DNA of 64,000 nt. Source: Acidimicrobiia bacterium (GTDB lineage: Bacteria > Actinomycetota > Acidimicrobiia > Spongiisociales > ZC4RG35). The stretch lies in the NCBI GenBank assembly GCA_036380875.1, contig DASVDX010000071.1:4041-68040 (forward strand). The letters run 5' to 3'. Shown piece after piece: positions 40,858 to 50,131 of the stretch (position 1 is the first letter of the stretch; each line of letters begins with the position of its first letter). Position numbers and translations under genes: made by a program. The notes under the pieces were generated by a model that made no database searches, had not been told where the DNA came from, and saw only the letters and a list, made by a program, of their open reading frames with translations.

Positions 40858-41912
40858 GATCACGCAGACTCGCCGCCGTTGTGGCGGTGGCGGCAATCCT
40901 CAGCACCTGGGTCGGAGCTGCGGCGGAGGCCGCGCCTCTCCGGGTGCCCAATCCGCCCCGGGAAGCCGGTTTGGTCACGCCGCCGGTGCCGACGGTGAGT
41001 GCGGCGTCGTGGATCCTCTACGACGCCGACGCCGAACTGGTGCTGGCCGCGAACGAACCGGAAGCGGAAAGGCCGATGGCCTCCACTACCAAGATCATGA
41101 CTGCCCTCCTGGCGCTGAAGTACGGAGACCTCGACGAGCTGGTCGAGGTGAGCCAGAGGGCGGCGGATGTGGGCGAAGCAGAAGTTGGCCTCGTGCCGGG
41201 GGAGAAGCTGCCGTTGCGGATGCTGGTCCAGGCCTTGGTCATCCGCTCGGCCAACGACGCCGCCATGGCAGTGGCCGAGCACATCGGAGGCACCGTCGAG
41301 GCGTTCGTAGAGATGATGAATGCCGAAGCGGAGGCGATGGGACTGGAGCACACGCATTTCGCGAATCCCCACGGCCTCGATGGCGAGAACCACTACTCGT
41401 CGGCGTCGGACCTGCTCCAGATGGGGCTGGCGGCGATGAGCTATCCGGAGTTCCGGGAGTGGGCGACGACCAAGGAACTGGACTTTCCGGACGCCCCCGA
41501 TGGCACCGAGCGGTATCTCCAGACGACGAACATCATGCTCGACACCTATCCCGGGACGATCGGGATCAAGACCGGCTTCACGGGCAGGGCCGGGCTCGTC
41601 TTCGTCACCGGGGCGGCAAGGGACGGGCGCACGCTTTTCGCGGTGGTGATGGGGTCGGAGGGAGAACGAGCCCACTTCGCCGATGCCAGCCGCCTACTCG
41701 ACTGGGGATTCGAACGGTTCAAGCCTGTGGCGCTGGTCGCGGGTGGCTCGTATGAGCCGCCCGAGCCGGTGAGGCTGGTGGAGGAAGAGCCGGAGCCCGA
41801 ACCCGAGCCGGTAGTCGTGACGAACATCCGCCGCGTGGACTCGCAGCCGCCCCAGCTGCTCGAGGCGTTCGGGTGGATCGCCAACGTAGTGGAGCGTCGA
41901 GGCAGTGGCTGA
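40854..41912 (+). CDS. D-alanyl-D-alanine carboxypeptidase (S11, PBP5/DacB-like)
   Basis: It has a signal peptide and the SxxK (ASTTKIMT), SxN (RSAND) and KTG (KTGFTGRAG) motifs. Confidence 0.85.
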   Translation: MRSRRLAAVVAVAAILSTWVGAAAEAAPLRVPNPPREAGLVTPPVPTVSAASWILYDADAELVLAANEPEAERPMASTTKIMTALLALKYGDLDELVEVSQRAADVGEAEVGLVPGEKLPLRMLVQALVIRSANDAAMAVAEHIGGTVEAFVEMMNAEAEAMGLEHTHFANPHGLDGENHYSSASDLLQMGLAAMSYPEFREWATTKELDFPDAPDGTERYLQTTNIMLDTYPGTIGIKTGFTGRAGLVFVTGAARDGRTLFAVVMGSEGERAHFADASRLLDWGFERFKPVALVAGGSYEPPEPVRLVEEEPEPEPEPVVVTNIRRVDSQPPQLLEAFGWIANVVERRGSG

Positions 41913-42498
41913 GGAACCGGCAACGCTCGTCGTGCCGGCCGAAGAGATCTCCGTTCGGGTGGCCGAGCTGGGCGCGGCCCTGTCGCGGGACTACGAGGGC
42001 AAGAAACCCATGCTGGTGGCGGTGTTGGTCGGCTCGCTGCCCTTCCTGTCCGATCTGGTGCGCGCCATCGACATTCCGCTCGAAGTCGATTTCCTCGGCC
42101 TGTCGCGTTTCGGCGAGGGAGGGCGAATTCGTATCGCCCTCGACACGGCCGAGTCGGTCGAAGGGCGCCACGTCGTGATCGTCGAGGACATCATCGACAC
42201 CGGTCTCACCCTCACAGTCCTGCGGCGGATGCTGGAGGACAGGGGAGCGGCGAGCGTGGCAACGGCGGCGCTCGTCGACAAGACCCGACGACGCCTGGTC
42301 GACGTGCCCATCGAGTACCGGGGCTTCGAGGTGGGCGACGAGTACCTCATCGGCTACGGACTCGACTGGAAGGGCCACTATCGCAACTTGGACTCGCTGT
42401 GGGCCGTGCTCGATCTGGAGAGGCTCATCGAGGATCCGGCGGCCCTGCACGACCAGTTCTATCCCGCCCAGCCATCGCAGGTTGAGCGCCACCACTGA
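41905..42498 (+). CDS. hpt: Hypoxanthine phosphoribosyltransferase
   Basis: It has the PRPP-binding motif VVIVEDIIDTGLT and is 197 aa. Confidence 0.85.
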   Translation: MAEEPATLVVPAEEISVRVAELGAALSRDYEGKKPMLVAVLVGSLPFLSDLVRAIDIPLEVDFLGLSRFGEGGRIRIALDTAESVEGRHVVIVEDIIDTGLTLTVLRRMLEDRGAASVATAALVDKTRRRLVDVPIEYRGFEVGDEYLIGYGLDWKGHYRNLDSLWAVLDLERLIEDPAALHDQFYPAQPSQVERHH

Positions 42499-42511
42499 TA
42501 ACCTCTAGCTC

Positions 42512-43018
42512 ATGCCGGGCGATGCCGTTGCGATGACCGTGGTCGGGGTCCGGGTGGAGTTGCCGTCCAACACCCCGATCGTTCTCCTGCGCGAACAGGA
42601 CGGCCCGCGTTATCTCCCGATCTGGATCGGAGCTGCCGAGGCAACGGCGATCGCCACCGCGATGGAGAACGTCGAACCTCCCCGACCTCAGACCCACGAC
42701 CTCATGGTCATGGCCATCGAGGAGCTGGGAGCCCGGATGGCGCGGGTTGTGGTCTCAGAGATGCGCGACAGCGTCTTCTACGCCGATCTCGTGCTGGCCA
42801 CACCTGACGGCGAGATCCACCTCTCGGCTCGTCCGTCCGACTCGATCGCACTCGCCGTCCGCACGGGGGCGCCCGTCTATGCCGATCCGGCTGTCCTGGC
42901 CGAGGCCGGCATCGAAATCGAAGACGAGTCGGAGGAACAGCAGATCCAGCGTTTCCGGGAGTTCCTGGAAGACGTCACGGTCGAGGACTTCCTCGGCGAA
43001 GAGGGCGACACGCCCTGA
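42512..43018 (+). CDS. Bifunctional nuclease (BFN) domain protein, DUF151
   Basis: It has PIVLLRE...YLPIWIG...MARVVVSEMRDSVFYA, with an acidic C-terminal tail. It is the Rv1829-like neighbour of the MerR pair. Confidence 0.7.
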   Translation: MPGDAVAMTVVGVRVELPSNTPIVLLREQDGPRYLPIWIGAAEATAIATAMENVEPPRPQTHDLMVMAIEELGARMARVVVSEMRDSVFYADLVLATPDGEIHLSARPSDSIALAVRTGAPVYADPAVLAEAGIEIEDESEEQQIQRFREFLEDVTVEDFLGEEGDTP

Positions 43019-43058
43019 CCGTCGACGACCCCGCACACCGAGTTTTCCACAGGGGTTG

Positions 43059-43088
43059 TTGACAACGCATCCGACCTGCGGTTAGCTT
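43059..43088 (+). promoter_or_regulatory. Candidate sigma-70-type promoter (TTGACA - 17/18 nt - TTAGCT/TAGCTT) for the downstream MerR gene
   Basis: I read the -35/-10 hexamers in the 176-nt gap. A 6-bp stem-loop CGCTGC-TGTAA-GCAGCG follows at 43108-43124 in the 5' UTR. Confidence 0.3.
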
Positions 43089-43194
43089 GATTGCACATGC
43101 GGAATTACGCTGCTGTAAGCAGCGGTCCGAAGGGAAACCGGAGCTTCCCGCGGCGCGCCGTTGGAGCGGCGGGCCGCCGCTGCAGAGGAGAGAG

Positions 43195-43710
43195 ATGTCG
43201 GACAATCAAGCGACAGCGAGCAACAAGGTCGAGGCGGAAGAGTTCGGCTACCGCGCTCCTCAGGTGTGCAACCTCGTCGGCATCACCTACCGCCAACTCG
43301 ACTACTGGGCGCGGACCGGCTTGCTCGAGCCCTCCCTCCGTCAGGCGTCCGGCTCGGGCTCACAGCGTCTCTATTCCTTCACCGATGTCGTCCAGCTCAA
43401 GGTCATCAAGCAGCTGCTCGATGCCGGGATGTCGCTCAAGAAGATCCGCTCGGCGGTCGAGATCCTCAAGCAGCAGCTCGCCAGCGACAAGCCGCTGACC
43501 GATGTGACGCTTCTCTCCGATGGGCGCACCATCTACGCCGCCACCAGCGCCGACGAGGTCATGGACGTCCTGCGGCGCGGCCAAGGCGTGTTCGGGATCG
43601 CCGTCGGGCCCGTCCAAGACGAGGTGGCGGGCGCCATCCACGAATTGTTCCCGGAGGAGCGCGAACCGGCAGAGCCGGCTGTTCCGAGCGCCCAGGCAGG
43701 GGCCAACTGA
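43195..43710 (+). CDS. MerR-family transcriptional regulator (second copy)
   Basis: It has a MerR HTH (CNLVGITYRQLDYWARTGLL) and a coiled C-terminus. It is the Rv1830-like partner. Confidence 0.75.
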   Translation: MSDNQATASNKVEAEEFGYRAPQVCNLVGITYRQLDYWARTGLLEPSLRQASGSGSQRLYSFTDVVQLKVIKQLLDAGMSLKKIRSAVEILKQQLASDKPLTDVTLLSDGRTIYAATSADEVMDVLRRGQGVFGIAVGPVQDEVAGAIHELFPEEREPAEPAVPSAQAGAN

Positions 43711-44144
43711 CCACGGAAGAACGACCCCGAGCCGAAGAGGTCGAGTTCGCTCACAACAGCGAACGGCAGTTCGCACTACTCCTGGACTTCTACGGGATCC
43801 CGTGGGAGTACGAGCCCCGCTCGTTCCCGATTGCCTGGGACCGCGACGGCAATCCGCGCCAGTTCTTCACGCCCGACTTCTACCTGCCCGAAGAGGACCT
43901 GTTCATCGAGATCACGACGATGAGCCAGAAGCTGGTCACGAAGAAGAACCGCAAGGTCCGTCTTCTGCGTGAGCTCTATCCAGACATCCGCTGCAAGGTC
44001 CTCTACCAAAGGGACTACATCCAATTGGTCGTGAAATACGGGCTCGAGGATCCCGACCATCTCCAGGAGCTTCCGCCTCCTACCCGCATGCCCGGAAAGC
44101 CGGTCGTCACCCGTCTCGAGGATCGCGGCTCCAGCGCCGGATGA
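43707..44144 (+). CDS. Hypothetical protein; start codon non-canonical or uncertain
   Basis: The frame is open from upstream of the MerR stop with consistent codon bias (…FYGIPWEYEPRSFPIAWDRDGNP…), but there is no in-frame ATG/GTG near the 5' end. CTG at 43707 is the nearest candidate. It overlaps the gcvT start by 4 nt. Confidence 0.4.
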   Translation: MTTEERPRAEEVEFAHNSERQFALLLDFYGIPWEYEPRSFPIAWDRDGNPRQFFTPDFYLPEEDLFIEITTMSQKLVTKKNRKVRLLRELYPDIRCKVLYQRDYIQLVVKYGLEDPDHLQELPPPTRMPGKPVVTRLEDRGSSAG

Positions 44145-45166
44145 CTCGGTCACCCCTGCACGATCTCCACGTTCGTCTCGGCGCCCGTTTCGTCGACTTC
44201 GGTGGCTGGGAGATGCCGGTGCAATACGAGTCGGTTCTCGAGGAGCACCGGAGCGTCCGCCACGGCGTCGGGGTCTTCGACGTCTCTCACCTCGGGCGTA
44301 TAGAGGTGAAGGGGCCCAATGCCACGGAGGTGTTGCGCGGCTTGTTCACGAACGACGCCGCCAGGTACGAGCCGGGGCGGACCCACTACACGATGCTGCT
44401 CAACGACGAGGGCGGCATCATCGACGACATCGTCGTGTGGCGATGGGACGAAGAGCGGTACTGGGTGATGCCCAACGCCGCCAACGCGGACCGGGTGCGG
44501 GACGTCCTGGTTTCACATGGTGCCGAAACAGAGGACCTGCGTCCTTCGACCTCGCTCCTGGCGGTGCAGGGCCCTGAAGCACCCAGGTTGCTGGAGGAGG
44601 TGTTCGGCCAGGCGCCGGGTCGCTTCCGGACGCTGGAGGTCGACGGTGTCCGTATGGCCGGAACCGGGTACACGGGTGAACCGGGCGGAGAGGTGTGCCT
44701 GCCCAACGAGGAGGCGAGCGTGGCCCTGGAACGACTGGTGGAGGGAGGCGCCACTCCCTGTGGCCTCGGTGCCCGTGACACGCTGAGACTCGAAGCCGGA
44801 CTGGCACTCTGGGGCTCCGACCTCGACGAGACGACTACTCCTCTCGAAGCCGGCCTCGACTTCGCGGTCGACTGGGATCACGATTTCCCCGGCAAAGCCG
44901 CTTTGGAGATGCAACGGGCAAGCGGTCCGCCCCGCCGACTGGTCGGCCTGGTGATGGAGGACCGAGGCATCCCTCGCCACGGGTACGCGGTGCGCTGCGG
45001 AACGTCGACCGGGGCGGTGACATCCGGCAACATCAGCCCCATCCTCGACACGGGAATCGCCTTCGCCTACATGTCGCCGCCGGTGGAAGTGGGGGAGCAC
45101 GCCGAGGTCGAGATCCGAGGCCGCTGGGTTCCGGCCCGAGTGGCATCCCCGCCGTTCCATCGGTGA
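44141..45166 (+). CDS. gcvT: Glycine cleavage system T protein (aminomethyltransferase)
   Basis: It has the GcvT N-terminus (PLHDLHVRLGARFVDFGGWEMPVQY) and folate-binding C-terminal barrel motifs. Confidence 0.9.
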   Translation: MTRSPLHDLHVRLGARFVDFGGWEMPVQYESVLEEHRSVRHGVGVFDVSHLGRIEVKGPNATEVLRGLFTNDAARYEPGRTHYTMLLNDEGGIIDDIVVWRWDEERYWVMPNAANADRVRDVLVSHGAETEDLRPSTSLLAVQGPEAPRLLEEVFGQAPGRFRTLEVDGVRMAGTGYTGEPGGEVCLPNEEASVALERLVEGGATPCGLGARDTLRLEAGLALWGSDLDETTTPLEAGLDFAVDWDHDFPGKAALEMQRASGPPRRLVGLVMEDRGIPRHGYAVRCGTSTGAVTSGNISPILDTGIAFAYMSPPVEVGEHAEVEIRGRWVPARVASPPFHR

Positions 45167-45726
45167 AGATCGACGTCTCGGAGGGCATCGATCCCGACCT
45201 GTGGCCCGACCTGCCCAGTGATGATCGGCTCGTCGTCGGCGGTCACACCTTCTGGATCGGGCCTTTTCGGCCGCCGGTGGTCGTTGCGCAGCCCAACCGG
45301 TGGGGGGTGGTGGAGAGCCGGTTCCCGAACGTCCCTTGCATCGTCGAATGCGACCCGGCGGTGATCGCCGAACTCCCGCTTCCCGACGAGGTGATGCGCT
45401 TCGTGGACCGCGCCCATCGCCCGATCACTGCGGAGGATTTCGGGCGATCCGGTGCCGAGCTGATGCGCTCGGCGGCTCGCCTCGCCAACCGTCTGACCCA
45501 GATCCCGGGGGTCTCGATCGTCGCCCGCCCCTTCGCCCGTTCGATCCCGATCATCACTCCGCGGGAGGCATCGTGGCTGGCGGAGCGCTGTGCCGAGGCT
45601 GGGATCGTCGGGCTGCGGCCGCTTCGCGGAATCGGCGGCGCAGTGATCCTGTCCGTCGGCGAGGACCAGACGGCGGAGGACCACCACCGTATCGTCGAGG
45701 CGCTGTCGCAAGCCATCACGGGATAG
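45163..45726 (+). CDS. Hypothetical protein
   Basis: It is 187 aa with a GTG start overlapping the gcvT stop (GTGA). I recognise no motif. Codon bias is consistent with a real gene. Confidence 0.45.
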   Translation: MKIDVSEGIDPDLWPDLPSDDRLVVGGHTFWIGPFRPPVVVAQPNRWGVVESRFPNVPCIVECDPAVIAELPLPDEVMRFVDRAHRPITAEDFGRSGAELMRSAARLANRLTQIPGVSIVARPFARSIPIITPREASWLAERCAEAGIVGLRPLRGIGGAVILSVGEDQTAEDHHRIVEALSQAITG

Positions 45727-45735
45727 AGTCCCCCC

Positions 45736-46590
45736 ATGGTTCGCCCCAGCGTTGCCGCCCCCGTGCCCCACCCGACAGTCGGCACCCAGCTCGTCAGGAC
45801 GTGGAGCCCGGACGGGGAGCCCCTCGCCGAGGTCGTCATCGTGCATGGCATCGCCGAGCACAGCGGCCGCTACGAGCGCACCGGCGGGATCCTGGCCGAC
45901 GCCGGCTTCTCGGTCCGGGCGATGGACCTCGTTGGCTGCGGGGCCACCGGGGGGCGCCGGGGGGACGTCGCCGATTGGACTCTGTACCTGGACCAGGTTG
46001 AAAGGCAGCTGGAGGAAGCAAGGGCTATGGGCCGGCCGGTCGTCCTGCTCGGCCACTCGATGGGCGGGCTCATCGCCCTGGAGTACACCCTCGCCGAACG
46101 CCCCCGGCCGGACCTGCTCGTGCTGTCTGCGCCCGCCTTGAGAGGAGGGGCTCCGTGGCAGCACAAGCTGGCGCCGGTTTTGGCCCGAGTGGTCCCGATA
46201 CTTCCGGTCCCCAACGCTTTGAAAGGAGAGCAGCTGTCGAGGGATCCGGCTGTGGGGGAGGCGTATTTCTCCGATCCTCTGGTCTACACGTCGGCCACTG
46301 CCCGGATGGGACACCAGCTGTTCGCCGCCATGGACCGCACCAGGGCGGCGATCGACCGCCTGGAGGTGCCGACCCTGGTTCTCCACGGCGGCGACGACAC
46401 GATCGTCCCTCCTTCGGCGAGCGCCGACCTGGAACGTGTTCCGTGTGTGGAGCGACGGCTCTACCCGGGCCTCCGGCACGAGATCTTCAACGAACCGGAG
46501 GGCCCAGAGTTCCTCGCCGAAGTCGCCGAATGGATCGGGAACCGACTCGGAACCGGAGGTCAGGCGACGTCGACGACCAATGCCCGGTGA
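45736..46590 (+). CDS. Alpha/beta hydrolase (lysophospholipase / monoacylglycerol-lipase-like)
   Basis: It has an HGxxEHSGRY oxyanion region, the nucleophile elbow GHSMGG, and a C-terminal His (RHEIFNE). Confidence 0.8.
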   Translation: MVRPSVAAPVPHPTVGTQLVRTWSPDGEPLAEVVIVHGIAEHSGRYERTGGILADAGFSVRAMDLVGCGATGGRRGDVADWTLYLDQVERQLEEARAMGRPVVLLGHSMGGLIALEYTLAERPRPDLLVLSAPALRGGAPWQHKLAPVLARVVPILPVPNALKGEQLSRDPAVGEAYFSDPLVYTSATARMGHQLFAAMDRTRAAIDRLEVPTLVLHGGDDTIVPPSASADLERVPCVERRLYPGLRHEIFNEPEGPEFLAEVAEWIGNRLGTGGQATSTTNAR

Positions 46591-47195
46591 TCCGACCCGG
46601 GCACACGCACGGTGAACGTGTTGAGGACGACCAGGTCGCGGACGAAAGCATGATCGATCCGGAGCACGGGCGGCCACCAGGTGCGTAGCCCCCACGTGCG
46701 GCTGGGCCGGCGCCCGTTGCGACGCGCCCAGTCCGCCACTCCGTCGTCCAGATGGGCGCGGAAGCGTCGGTAGGCGGGCCAAATCGGCGTGGCATTGAGA
46801 TCACCGACCAGCAAGGTCGGCCCTGCGCTGGAAGTGATCCTGTCGAGGATCTGCCCTACTTGTGCCCGCCGCTGGCGGATCGGAGGCGGGCGGTCGATCG
46901 GGTTGGCGAGGTGGACGCACCAGATCGTGACACCGTTGGAGCCGACCAGAGCGTCGCGGTGGGGGAGGTGCACGCGTTCCACGTCGATCGGGTGGCGCGA
47001 TACGAGGCCCATTCCCTTGTAATCGTCGGCGGGAGCGAGGAGCCCGTGGTCATACCTCGATCCGATGACTTCGGCCAGGTCGGCAGACAGTTCCTGGGCG
47101 GCTACGACGTCGGGGTCGATGTGGTCGAGGAGGCGGCCATAGGCGGACGGGTCGGCACCACCGTTGTAGAGGTTGGACGTGAGGACCCGGAGCAT
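46560..47195 (-). CDS. Endonuclease/exonuclease/phosphatase (EEP) family protein
   Basis: It has the EEP motifs (VLTSNLYNG, VVAAQEL, GDLNATP, SDHRAL). Its 3' end overlaps the convergent hydrolase gene by 31 nt. Confidence 0.7.
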   Translation of the reverse strand: MLRVLTSNLYNGGADPSAYGRLLDHIDPDVVAAQELSADLAEVIGSRYDHGLLAPADDYKGMGLVSRHPIDVERVHLPHRDALVGSNGVTIWCVHLANPIDRPPPIRQRRAQVGQILDRITSSAGPTLLVGDLNATPIWPAYRRFRAHLDDGVADWARRNGRRPSRTWGLRTWWPPVLRIDHAFVRDLVVLNTFTVRVPGSDHRALVVDVA

Positions 47196-47222
47196 CGGGT
47201 CGCAATGGTATGCGACTATTGG

Positions 47223-47729
47223 ATGATGTCATTCAGTGGTCGACTGCTGATTGCTACGCCTCTGATCAGGGATCCGAACTTCATCCACACAGTCGTCTAC
47301 ATCTACGCTCACGACCCGGAGGAGGGAGCGGCCGGAGTGATCCTCAACCGTCCCACGGACGAGCCCACTGTCGCTCACCTCCCCGAGTGGCGCTCGGTGC
47401 TGGCAGCCCCTCCCATGGTCTTCTGGGGCGGCCCCGTGGCCCAAGACAGCGGCGTGGTGCTCATCGATTCGGGTGGCAAGGTGGAACTCGCCACCGACAT
47501 GACACCGCCGGAGTCCTCCGTGCGCGCCAGGCTGTTCGTGGGGCAGTCCGGATGGGGGCCAGGCCAGTTGGAGGGCGAGGTCGCCGAAGGTGCCTGGCTC
47601 GTCACGGATGCTCCGGCCGAGGACATCCTCGGACCCTTTCCCAAGGATCTATGGCGGAAGCTCCTGCGGCGTGAAGGAGGGAGAGCCGCCATCTGGTCGA
47701 CACACCCCATCGACTCCCGCCTCAACTGA
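47223..47729 (+). CDS. YqgE/AlgH-family protein (UPF0301)
   Basis: It has GRLLIATP...F..TVVYIYAHD..GAAGVILNRP. An alternative start lies at 47205. Confidence 0.75.
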   Translation: MMSFSGRLLIATPLIRDPNFIHTVVYIYAHDPEEGAAGVILNRPTDEPTVAHLPEWRSVLAAPPMVFWGGPVAQDSGVVLIDSGGKVELATDMTPPESSVRARLFVGQSGWGPGQLEGEVAEGAWLVTDAPAEDILGPFPKDLWRKLLRREGGRAAIWSTHPIDSRLN

Positions 47730-47772
47730 ACGGTTACCACCCTGTCGAGATTCGTTCTCTACCCTGTGGCCG

Positions 47773-48462
47773 GTGACCGTCCCCAAGCTACGCGAGGCGA
47801 TCCGCCGCAAAGCGCCGGGCCTGACCTACGAACGCGCGCTGTGGGAAGCGGGGGCGGACGTGGTGGTCGGTGTCGATGAAGTCGGCCGGGGCGCCTGGGC
47901 CGGACCGATATCGGTGGGGGCGGCGGTGATCCCTCTCGACCGGAGGGTCTACAAGGTGCGCGACTCGAAGCTGCTCACCGAGACCGAACGCGAAGCCCTC
48001 TTCGAGCGCGTGGCGGGTTGGGTTCGCGCCTGGGCAGTTGGCCACGCCAGCCCGGAGGAATGCGACGAACTGGGCATGTCGGAGGCCCAGCGGCTGGCCG
48101 CCCGCCGGGCGATCGAAGGATTGGGGCTCGCTCCCGACGCCATCCTCGTCGACGGGAACTGGGATTTCGTCGGCGGGGCCCAGCGGATCATCCGGGGAGA
48201 CCAGCTCTCCCTGTCGGTGGCGGCAGCATCGGTGCTCGCCAAGGTCACCAGAGACCGCATCATGCGCGAACTCGCGCCCGAGTTCCCGTTCTACAACTTC
48301 GAAGCCAACAAGGGCTATCCGTGTCCGGTCCACAAGGCGGCGCTGCAGGCATGGGGCCCGAGTTCCGTGCACCGCCGTAGCTGGGTCTTCATGGATCACC
48401 TCGTGTGGAACGGGCTCGAGCGTTATCGGAGGCCGGGGGACCAACTGGACTTCGGATTCTGA
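47773..48462 (+). CDS. rnhB: Ribonuclease HII
   Basis: It has VGVDEVGRGAWAGP (DEVGRG) and conserved DSK and NKGYP-type motifs. The start is GTG. Confidence 0.85.
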   Translation: MTVPKLREAIRRKAPGLTYERALWEAGADVVVGVDEVGRGAWAGPISVGAAVIPLDRRVYKVRDSKLLTETEREALFERVAGWVRAWAVGHASPEECDELGMSEAQRLAARRAIEGLGLAPDAILVDGNWDFVGGAQRIIRGDQLSLSVAAASVLAKVTRDRIMRELAPEFPFYNFEANKGYPCPVHKAALQAWGPSSVHRRSWVFMDHLVWNGLERYRRPGDQLDFGF

Positions 48463-48469
48463 CCCAGCG

Positions 48470-49693
48470 ATGGCCCTCCAACTCACTGCCGACGACCAGT
48501 CGATGCTGGCGGGGGAGGAGGGCGAAGGTGTCGCTCTCGCTATGCGTGTCCTGGTCGCGACCGCCGAGGCGATGGGCGCCGAGCGGCTCCTCGACATCAC
48601 TTCGGCCCATGTCGACGGCTGCCTCTATCACGGTCCAGCCGGTCTCGACTTCGCCCGGGCTCTGGTCACCGGCGGAGCTCGCGTCAAGGTCCCGACCAGC
48701 CTCAACGTCGCCTCCCTCGACTTGCTCCATCCGGAGCTGGTCCGCCTGGATCGGGCGACGGCTGATGATGCCAGGGAGTTGATGGACGCCTACGTCGCCC
48801 TGGGGTGTCGGCCCACCTGGACCTGTGCGCCTTATCAGCTCCCCGAGCGCCCCAGGTTGGGCGAGCAGGTGGCATGGGGAGAGTCCAACGCCATCGTCTT
48901 CGCCAACTCGGTGCTGGGAGCCCGGACCGAGCGCTACGGCGATTTCCTGGACATCTGCGCTGCCGTCACGGGGAGGGCACCGGCGGTCGGGCTCCACCTC
49001 GACGCGGGCCGCCGGCCCACTTTGGTCGTGCGCGCCGACGAGTTGAGCGCCGACATGGCCGCCAACGAAGCTCTCTACCCGCTGCTCGGCCATGTCCTGG
49101 GCCAGATCGCCGACACTCGGGTGGCCGCCATCACCGGACTGCCTGCGACCACTGACGAAGACCACCTCAAGGCTCTCGGGGCAGCCGCGGCCTCGTCAGG
49201 AGCGGTGGCGATGTTCCACGCCGTCGGGATCACCCCGGAAGCTCCGCGCTTCTCCGAGTTGGCGGGCATGGAGACCGTGACCGTGACCCGGGAGATGATC
49301 GAGGAGGCTCGGCGGGAGCTCGGCGCCGGCGGCGAGGACAGAGTGGACGCCGTGTCCGTTGGCACACCCCACTACTCAGTCCACCAACTGGAAAGGCTCG
49401 CCGAGCTGCTCGGCGGGCGACGGTGTGCGATACCGCTGTACGTCAACACCAGCCGCTCTGTGCTCGACGCGTTCGGCGAGGCTGAGGCCCTGGCGTCCTG
49501 TGGGGCCCGGATCGTCACGGACACGTGCACATACATCACGCCGATCCTGGACCACGGGGTCGAAGTCGTGATGACAGATTCGGCCAAGTGGGCGTACTAC
49601 GCACCGGCCAACCTGGGCGTGCGGGTCGTGTTCGCATCGATTGCCGACTGCGTGGAGAGCGCCGTGGCAGGCCGGGCGGTAACGACATGGTGA
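48470..49693 (+). CDS. Aconitase X catalytic subunit (AcnX, DUF521)
   Basis: It is 407 aa with the conserved regions VDGCLYHG, CAPYQ and ESNAIVFANSVLGARTE, which I remember as typical of DUF521/AcnX. It is followed by the swivel subunit with an ATGGTGA overlap. Confidence 0.65.
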   Translation: MALQLTADDQSMLAGEEGEGVALAMRVLVATAEAMGAERLLDITSAHVDGCLYHGPAGLDFARALVTGGARVKVPTSLNVASLDLLHPELVRLDRATADDARELMDAYVALGCRPTWTCAPYQLPERPRLGEQVAWGESNAIVFANSVLGARTERYGDFLDICAAVTGRAPAVGLHLDAGRRPTLVVRADELSADMAANEALYPLLGHVLGQIADTRVAAITGLPATTDEDHLKALGAAAASSGAVAMFHAVGITPEAPRFSELAGMETVTVTREMIEEARRELGAGGEDRVDAVSVGTPHYSVHQLERLAELLGGRRCAIPLYVNTSRSVLDAFGEAEALASCGARIVTDTCTYITPILDHGVEVVMTDSAKWAYYAPANLGVRVVFASIADCVESAVAGRAVTTW

Positions 49694-50091
49694 CCCTCGT
49701 GGCCGGGCATGCCCAGGGCCCAGTCCTCTATCTGGACGAGCCGCTGTCCTTCTGGGGTGGGGTGGACATCACCAGCGGAACGATCATCGATTCGCACCAT
49801 CCCCAGGCGGGACAGTCCGTGACCGGCAAGGTGCTGGTCCTGCCCCATGCCCGGGGATCTTCTTCGACTTCGTCGGTGATAGCCGAGATGATCCGAGCAC
49901 GGACGGCTCCGGCCGCGGTAGTGTTGCGCAGCCGGGATCCAGTGATCGTGCTGGGGGCGGTTGTGGCGAGGGAGTTGTACGGCTGGGTACTGCCCGTCGT
50001 CGTAGTCGACGCCGACCGATACGAGCGCCTGGCGACCTCAACGTTTGCGGAGGTTTTGCCTGAGGGCGTCCGAGAAATTGGTCCAGCGTAG
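49687..50091 (+). CDS. Aconitase X swivel-domain subunit (DUF126)
   Basis: It is 134 aa (GPVLYLDEPLSFWGGVD...LVLPHARGSSS), which is the small partner of two-polypeptide AcnX enzymes. Confidence 0.6.
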   Translation: MVTLVAGHAQGPVLYLDEPLSFWGGVDITSGTIIDSHHPQAGQSVTGKVLVLPHARGSSSTSSVIAEMIRARTAPAAVVLRSRDPVIVLGAVVARELYGWVLPVVVVDADRYERLATSTFAEVLPEGVREIGPA

Positions 50092-50131
50092 GGTTCAGAA
50101 ATGCACGGCTGTATGCCGATATGAGGGAGGA

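Noticed and set aside
43030-43195. Possible glycine riboswitch upstream of the gcv genes.
   Set aside because: The leader is only ~130 nt and lacks the tandem aptamer consensus. gcvT and gcvH are both translationally coupled to upstream genes with no leader.
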